Source of the DNA: Dehalococcoidia bacterium
Lineage (GTDB): Bacteria > Chloroflexota > Dehalococcoidia > Bin125
Reading direction: 5' to 3'
Assembly (NCBI GenBank): GCA_963555985.3
Contig: OY820591.1
Span: 2,816,001 to 2,880,000 of the forward strand
Length of the DNA: 64,000 nucleotides
The stretch's first letter is position 1, and every line of letters begins with the position of its first letter. Below, piece after piece: positions 56,647-64,000 of the stretch. The position numbers were made by a program, and so were the translations under genes. Under the pieces are notes generated by a model. It saw nothing but the letters and a program-made list of their open reading frames with translations. It was not told the origin of the DNA and made no database searches.

Positions 56647-57545
56647 GTTCGGCGTCGGGGTCTGATTCGCGCGAGCCGCCTCCGCTGCCTCAAGCGCCCC
56701 GGGGAGCGGCGCGCGGGAGCCTGGGTCGGGGACTGGATACATTGCTGCCGGCTGCGGCGGAGTCAAGCGGGGCGGCGCTCGAAGTCCCGCTGGAGGCGAT
56801 CGATCCCAATCCCGACCAGCCGCGCCAACAGATCGATCCGGATGGGCTGGAATCGCTGGCGGCAAGCATTCGTGAGCACGGGGTGGTGCAGCCGTTGGTG
56901 GTACGGCCAAGATCAGCCGGCCGCTATCAGCTGATTGCGGGAGAACGCCGCTGGCGCGCAGCGCGGCTGGCGCAACTGAGCACCGTGCCGGTGATCGTCT
57001 CCGAAGCGCCCTCGGAAGATCGGCTGACGCTTGCGCTGGTCGAGAATTTGCAGCGCGAAGACCTGAATCCGATTGAGGCGGCGCGGGCGTTCGCGGAGCT
57101 GGCGGAGCGGGGCTGGAGCCAGCGCCGGATCGCCGAGCGCATTGGCAAGAGTCGATCCGCCGTCGCCAATCAGATGCGCCTCTTGCAGTTGCCGGACGGG
57201 TTACAGGAACAGGTCGTCAAAGGAGCGCTGAGCGAAGGTCACGCCCGCGCGCTGTTGCTCGCGCCCGAAGCGGAGCGGGAACGGCTGGCAGAGGCGGCAA
57301 TCGAGGAGGGGCTGTCGGTGCGGGCGCTGGAAGAGCGGGCGCGGACTGAAGTGATTCCGCGGGAAGATTCGCCGCCTTCGCTGCCGCGACCACTGTCGGA
57401 GGACTTTGCTCCGCTGGCAAAGCAGCTCAGCGAGGCGCTGGATACGCGCGTACTGGTGCGCCGTGGCGTGCGCGGGGGCCGGATTGTGATCCATTGGGAC
57501 GATCTGCATCAGGTCGAAGAGATCCTCAGGCGGCTGCGGCGGTAG
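56643..57545 (+). CDS. parB: Chromosome partitioning protein ParB/Spo0J
   Basis: LGRGLD.L, PNPDQPR, IAGERRWRA, ENLQREDL and HTH GKSRSAVAN. Confidence 0.96.
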
Positions 57546-57554
57546 CCGAGGATC

Positions 57555-58958
57555 TCAGGTTCCCTCAGCTTCGTCCTGACTGTTTGGTTGATTTTGCCTG
57601 TTGCTCTGGCCGGTACGCCTTCGCCGCTGCCGGCGGCGCTTTGGCGGCTTCTGAGCGGCGGACTGGCTTGTGTCTGCGCTATCGGGGGATTGCTCCGGTG
57701 TTGCGCCGTCGCCTGGATTGACGACTCGCGCGCGGCGTCGGCGTTGGCGGCCGCGGCTTCGCGGTTTGGCGGCTGATTCCTCGCTCTGGTTGGCCGGTTC
57801 CGGCTGCTTGGCGGCGGCCTGAGTCTCGCCGTCAGCGGAGACGCGCCGTTGGGAGCGTCGGCGTTGGCGGCCGCGGCGCGGTTTCTTGGGCGTGGGCGAC
57901 TCGGCGGGGGGTTCGGCGGTCGTTTCGCTGGCGGTCTCAGTAGGCGCAGCTGCGCGGCGAAGCGCTTCGGCTTCTTGGGCGGCGCGTTCTTCCGCCTCGA
58001 TCAGCGCTTGATTGGGAGCATCCTCGGTGCGCACAGCGAGGCCGATCTCGGCAGCCGGCACATCCACCCGTTGGGCGTGATCGTCCAGCGCGATCGTGAC
58101 CTTCTGCTGCAAGATGTCCAGCTTGATCACTTTGCCCATGCCGACTGGGGTGCTGACCCGCTTGCCCAGCTTGGGCAGGGTGCCGCGCATTTCGCGGTAG
58201 GTCTCGTGCTCGAAAGTGAGGCAGCAGAGCAGCCGCCCGCAGACGCCGGAGATGGCGTCGGGGTTGAGCGAGAGGTTCTGATCTTTGGCGACGCGAATGC
58301 CGACTTTGGGGAAGGTGGTCATCCAGGACGAGCAGCAGAGCCGCAGGCCGCAGATGTCGTAGCCGTCGACCAGCTTGGCGCGGTCGCGCTGGTGCACGAG
58401 TTGCATGTGCAGACGGATGTCGTAGCGCTCTTCGATTTCGCGGACAAGATCGCGGAAGTCGACATGATCCGGGGCCTGGAAGTGAGCGTTGCCCTGATCT
58501 CCGTCCAGGGTGAGTTCGACCGCGACGGGGTAGAGGCCGAGTGCTTCGCGGACGGCGGCGACGCGCATGTCGTGCAGGATCTCGTCGGCGCGTTGCTGCT
58601 GATCGGCGGCGCGGTCGCGATCGTCGGCGTTGGCGAGGCGCAGGATTGAGCGCACTCCTCGCGGGCGACGGCTCGAGCGGGGACGGTCTTCGTCGTCGGG
58701 AACGGTGACCACGCGCGCCATCTGTTCGCCGCGCCCGGCGTCGACGACCACGTAGTCGCCCACGTAGACCTGACCATGCGGTGCGCTGAAGTGATAGATG
58801 CGGGCGGCTTCGCGCAGGCGCACGCCGATGACGACTTCATCCCAGGCCTCGGGTTCCTGAACGGCAACGGGCGCGTCAGAAGTAGAGTCGTCGTTTGGCG
58901 CTGTTTCGTGGGGTTCGCTTGGCGGGTCGGTCAGAACGTCGTCGTACGACGGAGGCAT
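57555..58958 (-). CDS. PSP1-domain protein (RicT/YaaT-like) with an Arg-rich repeated tail
   Basis: VDFRDLV, CGLRLCC, QNLSLNP and SGVCGRLLCCL.FE; downstream of holB. Confidence 0.9.
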   Translation of the reverse strand: MPPSYDDVLTDPPSEPHETAPNDDSTSDAPVAVQEPEAWDEVVIGVRLREAARIYHFSAPHGQVYVGDYVVVDAGRGEQMARVVTVPDDEDRPRSSRRPRGVRSILRLANADDRDRAADQQQRADEILHDMRVAAVREALGLYPVAVELTLDGDQGNAHFQAPDHVDFRDLVREIEERYDIRLHMQLVHQRDRAKLVDGYDICGLRLCCSSWMTTFPKVGIRVAKDQNLSLNPDAISGVCGRLLCCLTFEHETYREMRGTLPKLGKRVSTPVGMGKVIKLDILQQKVTIALDDHAQRVDVPAAEIGLAVRTEDAPNQALIEAEERAAQEAEALRRAAAPTETASETTAEPPAESPTPKKPRRGRQRRRSQRRVSADGETQAAAKQPEPANQSEESAAKPRSRGRQRRRRARVVNPGDGATPEQSPDSADTSQSAAQKPPKRRRQRRRRTGQSNRQNQPNSQDEAEGT

Positions 58959-58972
58959 GGCGTCTCCGATGA

Positions 58973-60061
58973 TTAGCGCGCGGCCGGAATGCGCAGGAGC
59001 AGCACTTCGAGCGCGAGTCGTGGGTTGCCGCCGAAGTCGGCGGCGTGGTGAATCTGTTGGCGGGTGGTCCGGATCGCTTCGAGGAAGCGGCTGACCTCCT
59101 CTGGAGAGTAACGGGAGGCTTCGCTTGCGATCTGTTCTCGGTGTGTGGCGTGGACAAGATCGTTGTCGCGGCCCTCAGCGGCGAGCCAGAGGTCGCGCCA
59201 CCAATCGCTCCAGACGTCAAGCACGAGGTCGAGATTGTCGACAGTGTCGCGCGTCGCTCTGCCCCGCCCCACGAGTTGTTCCGCCCAGCTCAAGCGCTCG
59301 GCTCGGCTGGACCGGGCCAATTCCGCGGCCGTCGCAATTTGGGCGCGGCGCATGATCAGCGGATCACCCTCGCGCAGTTCCGACTCCAACCAACTGCTGC
59401 GCCCCCGCGCCAGCCGCAGCAGTTCCCGCCGCGCATCCGGATCGGCAGGGACGGACTCGCCAATCCGCTCCAGCCAGCGCTCAATCCGCTCGTTCGAGAG
59501 CGGAGCCAGCGCCAGCGTGCGGCAGCGCGAGCGGATGGTCTCGGAGATCATGTTCTCCTGCGCGCTGAGCAGGAGGAAGTGGACACCCGCGGGCGGCTCT
59601 TCGAGCGTCTTGAGGAAGGCGTCGGAAGCGTCTCCGGTCATCGCCTCAGCGGGATCGATGATGCAGATGCGGCGGTCGCCCTCAAAGGGTTTGATCGAGG
59701 TGGCGTGCTCGATCCGCCGGATGACGCAGATACCGATCGTGCGCGTATTGCGGTGATCATGATCGGCGACGGCGCAGAGGCCACCGGGCGAAATGATCTC
59801 CACATCGGCGTGTTGGAGTTCGCGCGTCGGCTCATCCGGATCATGGATGCGTCGGCAGGGCCGGCACTGACGACAAGGCGGCTGTTCGTCGGTGCAGACC
59901 AGAGCCTGCGCGATCCGCAGGGCCAGGTCGCGTTTGCCAACGCCGGCCGGACCCGTGATCAGCAGAGCGTGAGGCAGGCGGCCGCTGTCGAAGATCGCGC
60001 TCAGGGTGCGTCCGGCCAAGGCGTCGCCGTGCGCGCCCCAGCGTTCGATCAAGTCGTGCAT
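58973..60061 (-). CDS. holB: DNA polymerase III subunit delta'
   Basis: HALLITGPAGVGK, Zn motif C..PCRQCRPC, AFLKTLEEPP and TIRSRC. Confidence 0.93.
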   Translation of the reverse strand: MHDLIERWGAHGDALAGRTLSAIFDSGRLPHALLITGPAGVGKRDLALRIAQALVCTDEQPPCRQCRPCRRIHDPDEPTRELQHADVEIISPGGLCAVADHDHRNTRTIGICVIRRIEHATSIKPFEGDRRICIIDPAEAMTGDASDAFLKTLEEPPAGVHFLLLSAQENMISETIRSRCRTLALAPLSNERIERWLERIGESVPADPDARRELLRLARGRSSWLESELREGDPLIMRRAQIATAAELARSSRAERLSWAEQLVGRGRATRDTVDNLDLVLDVWSDWWRDLWLAAEGRDNDLVHATHREQIASEASRYSPEEVSRFLEAIRTTRQQIHHAADFGGNPRLALEVLLLRIPAAR

Positions 60062-60070
60062 ACAGCGACT

Positions 60071-60796
60071 CTATCTGGTCGCTGGGGGATCGTCCTCCAG
60101 CTGTCTCAGCTGGGCTTCCAACTCACGCACCCGCGCTTCCGCCGCGATTCTCGCCTCCTGCTCGGCGAGGAGCTGCTCGCGGGTGCTGTCGAAGGTGGGG
60201 ATGTGTTTCCCGGTCTGCGGGTCGTACCAACCCAGTGTTCCCTGCTCCCAGCGCAGCCACAGCCCGAGCACTGCGCTCTCGCCCTGCAAGACGTCGGGCG
60301 ACAACTCGACGATCGAGATCGGCTCGTAGCGGTCGCCCGCTAGCCGATCCCCGGCCAAGCGCGTGCCGTGCGACTCGCCGGTGTTGTCGAAGCGCCAGTA
60401 CTCGCGCACGCCCAGGGCGGCATAGTCGCGCCGTTTGTCGATGGTGTCGACCGTCGCCGTGCTAGGCGAAGCGACCTCGAGGATGAAGTCGGGCGGCTTG
60501 CCCTGATCGGAGATCACGTAACCGTTCTGCTCGCTATAGAGGGCGGGATCCACGTCGAAGGCGATCATCAGGTCGGGGCGGCGTAGGGGTCGGTAGCCCG
60601 GATGGGCGGCGATCCAACGCTCGGCCGTGACCAGAGTCGATTCGGGTCGCCCGAAGTGGCGCGCCAGGTGCATCGTCTGGCCGGGCCCGTGAACATGGTC
60701 GATCGAGGTCACTTCGTCCGGCTCACGCTCCGGCGGGTCCGGCAGGCGGAAGCGGACCAGCGTGGTTGTCGCGGCGTTCGCATCAGTGGTAGCCAT
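60071..60796 (-). CDS. Uma2 family (PD-(D/E)XK) putative endonuclease
   Basis: PDLMIAF, PPDFILEVASPST and KRRDYAALGVREYWRFD; C-terminal coiled coil. Confidence 0.92.
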   Translation of the reverse strand: MATTDANAATTTLVRFRLPDPPEREPDEVTSIDHVHGPGQTMHLARHFGRPESTLVTAERWIAAHPGYRPLRRPDLMIAFDVDPALYSEQNGYVISDQGKPPDFILEVASPSTATVDTIDKRRDYAALGVREYWRFDNTGESHGTRLAGDRLAGDRYEPISIVELSPDVLQGESAVLGLWLRWEQGTLGWYDPQTGKHIPTFDSTREQLLAEQEARIAAEARVRELEAQLRQLEDDPPATR

Positions 60797-60950
60797 GTGC
60801 CGTCAGTCTACCGCCGGCCTACTGCCGTTGCTGCGGTAAGAGCGTTTTGCGAACGTTCATCCCCGGCGTCATCGGCCTCGGAGCAGCGGATCGTGCGATG
60901 TGAGGTCGGTGCTACGACCAGATTGGGAGTGGTTTCACACTTGGTTGCTT

Positions 60951-61022
60951 CGAGATTCCCGCCTGCGCGGGAATGACGGAATTGGGGTTTTGCAACGGTC
61001 TCCCTGCGCGGGCATGACGGAG
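60951..61022 (+). repeat. Two direct type-A REP-like units
   Basis: GAGATTCCCGCCTGCGCGGGAATGACGGA and CCTGCGCGGGCATGACGGA. Confidence 0.8.
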
Positions 61023-61073
61023 TTGGGAATTTTGCACGGGTCTCCGGCCGCGGGTTCGCGTGTGCGTATTCCC

Positions 61074-62447
61074 TCATTCGGACAACTCCAGGGCTAGCAG
61101 ATCGTCGTAGGTTTGGCGACGGCGGATGAGGCGGGCTTTGCCCTCGTTGACCATTACGACTGCGGGCCGGAGTGAGAGGTTGTAGTTGCTCTCCATCGCG
61201 ATCTGGTAGGCGCCGCTGGCCGGGATCGCGATCAGGTCGCCCGGAGCGAGCGGCGGCAACTGCGCGTCGCGTACCAGCACATCGCCGCTCTCGCAGAATT
61301 TGCCCGCAACCGTGACAGTCTGGGTCGGTTCTTCGAGCATGTGCTCAGCGGCGGCGGCTTCGTAGCGGCTGTCGTACATGGCGGGGCGGATGTTGTCGGA
61401 CATGCCGCCGTCGACGGTCACGTAGTCGCGGGTGTCGGGGATGTGCTTGCGGCTAACAACGGTGTAGAGCGCGACGCCGGCGCGTCCGACGACCGAACGT
61501 CCCGGCTCGATGTGGACGTTCGGGACAGCGAGACCATGGGCGTCGCAAGCCGTGTGGAGCGCGTCGGCGATGCGGACGGCGTAGCGATCGGTCTCGGGCG
61601 CGAGTTGGTCGGCGGTGTAGGTCAGGGCCATGCCGCCGCCGGGGGAGAACTCGCGCCATTCGTAGCCGTGACGCTGCTTCATCTCTCGGGCGAATCCGGC
61701 GATTGTGGCGATGCCCTCGGCGTAGGGGTCAGTGTTGAAGAGGGGCGAGCCGAGGTGGATGTGCAAGCCGGTGAGATCGAGGAAGGGCGCTTCGAGTGCT
61801 CGCACCAGCGCGGCTTCGGCCTGTCCTGAGGGGAGGGGGAAGCCGAACTTGCTGTCGCGCAGACCGGTGGTGGTCTTGGCGTGGGTTTGAGCATCGACGC
61901 CTGGGGTGATGCGGAGCATCACGCGCTGGGTCTGGGCGCGCTCGCGGGTGAGCTCGTCAAGCAGGGCGAGTTCGTCGTCGTTGTCGAGGATGATCCGGCC
62001 GACGCGGCGCTCGAGCGCGTATTCGAGTTCGGCGCGGGTTTTGCCGTTGCCGTGGAAGCCGATCTGCCCAGGGTCCATGCCGCCGGCGAGGGCGACGTGG
62101 AGTTCACCGGCGGAGACCACATCGAGGCCGAAGCCTTCCTCGACGAGGATGCGCGTCAGCGCCGGACTGAGCCAGGCTTTGGAGGCGTAGTGAGCGCGCG
62201 CGCCGGGTAGCTGCGCGTCGTACTCACGCAGGTAGTCGCGGCAGGTCTGGCGGATCGTGTGTTCGTCGTAGATGTAGAGCGGGGTACCGAACTGCTCGGC
62301 CAGAGCGCGCATGGCGACGCCGCCGATCGAGAGCGCGCCGGATTGGTCAACCTCGGCGGTGAGGGGCAGAACGTCGCGCAGTCGTTGGGCGGGCGGGGTC
62401 ATCGGCGGGCTTTCCGGGGTGAGGGCGTGTTGGAGGGCGGGGATCAC
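61074..62447 (-). CDS. lysA: Diaminopimelate decarboxylase
   Basis: FGTPLYIYD, YASKA, SKFG, HIHLGS, EPGR, GKFCESGD and GAY. Start is GTG 62447 (GTGA overlap) or ATG 62402. Confidence 0.96.
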   Translation of the reverse strand: MIPALQHALTPESPPMTPPAQRLRDVLPLTAEVDQSGALSIGGVAMRALAEQFGTPLYIYDEHTIRQTCRDYLREYDAQLPGARAHYASKAWLSPALTRILVEEGFGLDVVSAGELHVALAGGMDPGQIGFHGNGKTRAELEYALERRVGRIILDNDDELALLDELTRERAQTQRVMLRITPGVDAQTHAKTTTGLRDSKFGFPLPSGQAEAALVRALEAPFLDLTGLHIHLGSPLFNTDPYAEGIATIAGFAREMKQRHGYEWREFSPGGGMALTYTADQLAPETDRYAVRIADALHTACDAHGLAVPNVHIEPGRSVVGRAGVALYTVVSRKHIPDTRDYVTVDGGMSDNIRPAMYDSRYEAAAAEHMLEEPTQTVTVAGKFCESGDVLVRDAQLPPLAPGDLIAIPASGAYQIAMESNYNLSLRPAVVMVNEGKARLIRRRQTYDDLLALELSE

Positions 62448-63760
62448 GGCGATCCGCTTGGCAAGCGCAGAGCATCCTGGAACGGGGCTGCGTCCGTCAT
62501 TGGCCCCACTACGGCCAGGCGCAGCTCAGGCTCGCGGATGTATTGGTTGGCGAGGCGGGCGATGTCGTCTGGGGTGACGGCTTCGTAGGCGGCGTTGACC
62601 TCGTCGACTGAGATGACCTCATCGAACAGGAGGGCCTGACCGCCGTTCCAGGCGGAGACGGCGCGGGTGTCTTCGAGGCCCATCATCATCCGGCCGGAGG
62701 CGAAGCGGCGCGCGCGGTCGAGTTCGTCTTCGGAGACGCCCTCGCGCATCCGGCCCAGCTCGGTCAGGGCGGCTTGCAAGGCGTCCAGCGCGTTCTCAGG
62801 GTCGACGCCCAGGTAGATCTGGAGCGCGCCCGAGTCTCGCAACTGCGACTGATAAGCGTGCACGTCGTAGACGAGCCCCAGTTCCTCGCGCACCTTCACG
62901 AAGAGGCGCGAGCTCATGCCGTCGCCGAGGATGCTGGAGAGCAGACCGAAGGCGTAACGATCGGGGTGGCGTGCGGGCAGGGTTGGCAGGCCCAGGATTA
63001 GGTGGGCCTGCTCGGCGTCCTTGCTGCGCAGGGCGACGCGCGGGGCCTCCGCGTCGATCGGAGCTTCGCGCCACGGCTGCGGCTCTGCGGAGTTCCACTC
63101 GCGGGTCAGCTCGGTGATTTGCTCGGTCACCGTCTCGACATCGAGCGCGCCTGCGACTGAGACGAGCGCATTGCTCGGCGCGTATTGTCCGCGCCAGTAG
63201 TCGACGGTCGCGTCGTGGGGGATCGAACGCACCGACTCCGGGGTGCCGGCGATGTCGCGTCCTGCGGGCGTTCCGCGCCAGAGCAGGCTGTCGAGCAGCA
63301 GGCCGGCGAGCTGGCCGGGTGAGTCCTCGACTTGGGCCAGTTCTTCGAGGATGACTTGACGTTCCTTCTCCAGTTCGGACGGGTCGAAGAGGGGACGGCA
63401 GACCATATCGAGCACCACGTCGAGGGCGCTGTCGAGTTCTGCGGCGGGCGCTTTGGCGTAGTAGACGGTCAGTTCGCGGTCGGTGGCGGCGTTGATGATT
63501 CCGCCGACGCCTTCGATTGCCATCGAGATCTGGGACGCCTTGGGGCGCGCGGCCGAGCCTTTGAAGACGCAGTGCTCGACCAGATGGGAGACGCCGGCCA
63601 ATTCGTCGGCTTCGTAGCGCGCTCCGGCGCCGACGTAGAAGGAGACGGTCGCGGAGCGGGTGTGGGGCATTGGCGTCGCGAGGACGCGGAGGCCATTGTC
63701 GAGGGTGTGGAGCTGGGGGCTGAGGTCGCTTGCGGCGTTGGTCGCCGCCGGGGCGGGCAC
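62444..63760 (-). CDS. M16 family zinc peptidase
   Basis: HLVEH inverted zincin motif, INAATDRE and LGDGMSSRLF..VREELGLVY. Confidence 0.95.
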   Translation of the reverse strand: MPAPAATNAASDLSPQLHTLDNGLRVLATPMPHTRSATVSFYVGAGARYEADELAGVSHLVEHCVFKGSAARPKASQISMAIEGVGGIINAATDRELTVYYAKAPAAELDSALDVVLDMVCRPLFDPSELEKERQVILEELAQVEDSPGQLAGLLLDSLLWRGTPAGRDIAGTPESVRSIPHDATVDYWRGQYAPSNALVSVAGALDVETVTEQITELTREWNSAEPQPWREAPIDAEAPRVALRSKDAEQAHLILGLPTLPARHPDRYAFGLLSSILGDGMSSRLFVKVREELGLVYDVHAYQSQLRDSGALQIYLGVDPENALDALQAALTELGRMREGVSEDELDRARRFASGRMMMGLEDTRAVSAWNGGQALLFDEVISVDEVNAAYEAVTPDDIARLANQYIREPELRLAVVGPMTDAAPFQDALRLPSGSP

Positions 63761-63999
63761 TACTCCGCGTTCCAGACCGAGTCGCCGCTGGCGGCGTCGC
63801 GCTTGATTGCGCCGGCCATCGCGCCGGAGACGAACTCGTCGACCGATGCGCCGATCGTGGTGTCGTCGCCGTGGCCGTTGAAGGTCATGGTGTTTGGCGG
63901 GAGGTGATAGAGCTGGGTGACGATCGAGCGGACTTCTTGCCAGACGGCTTCGTCGCTGCGGGTGTTGCCTGGGCCGCCCGGGAAGAGCGTGTCGCCGAC
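63760..63999 (-). CDS. MBL-fold metallo-hydrolase, glyoxalase II-like (3' part only)
   Basis: Manual translation VGDTLFPGGPGNT...LPPNTMTFNGHGDDTTIG...WNAE*. Continues beyond the window. Confidence 0.85.
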   Translation of the reverse strand, partial: VGDTLFPGGPGNTRSDEAVWQEVRSIVTQLYHLPPNTMTFNGHGDDTTIGASVDEFVSGAMAGAIKRDAASGDSVWNAE

Positions 64000-64000
64000 G

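Overview
High-GC bacterial chromosome segment made up mostly of core genes. Lineage-type insertions in RpoB, RpoC and SecA, a complex I without NuoEFG, CIRCE control of groESL and the yidD-PQQ propeller-yidC order point to Chloroflexota, probably Dehalococcoidia (inference). Gene order: rpoB (5' partial)-rpoC; groESL with CIRCE; prs; an SH3/beta-propeller lipoprotein; secA-hypothetical; valS; SIS protein, CaiB/Mcr-like CoA transferase and GNAT; nuoABCD-HJKLMN; two glutamine synthetase genes plus a GlnR-like regulator; tRNA-Thr(CGT) followed by a lower-GC dcd islet; a protease-like lipoprotein; MMPL, DoxX and CopC-like genes; alr/slt; rpmH-rnpA-yidD-PQQ-yidC-jag-parAB; ricT-holB-Uma2-lysA-M16-MBL (partial). 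Most notable observations: (1) the second glutamine synthetase has three substitutions at conserved metal/ATP-site residues (E129Q, H271Y, R339Q, enteric numbering by motif) and sits beside an intact GSI-beta and a kinase-less GlnR-like regulator, so it may be a pseudo-enzyme nitrogen sensor; (2) the complex I operon lacks nuoI as well as nuoEFG, and NuoC has a long repeat-bearing tail; (3) three families of palindromic REP-like modules nest inside one another and form a recurring composite element, with no transposase in the window and a strand-specific G/T-rich halo around several copies; (4) a tRNA-linked two-gene islet (small unknown protein plus dCTP deaminase) with its own promoter. All homology calls come from motif recognition by eye, not database searches.
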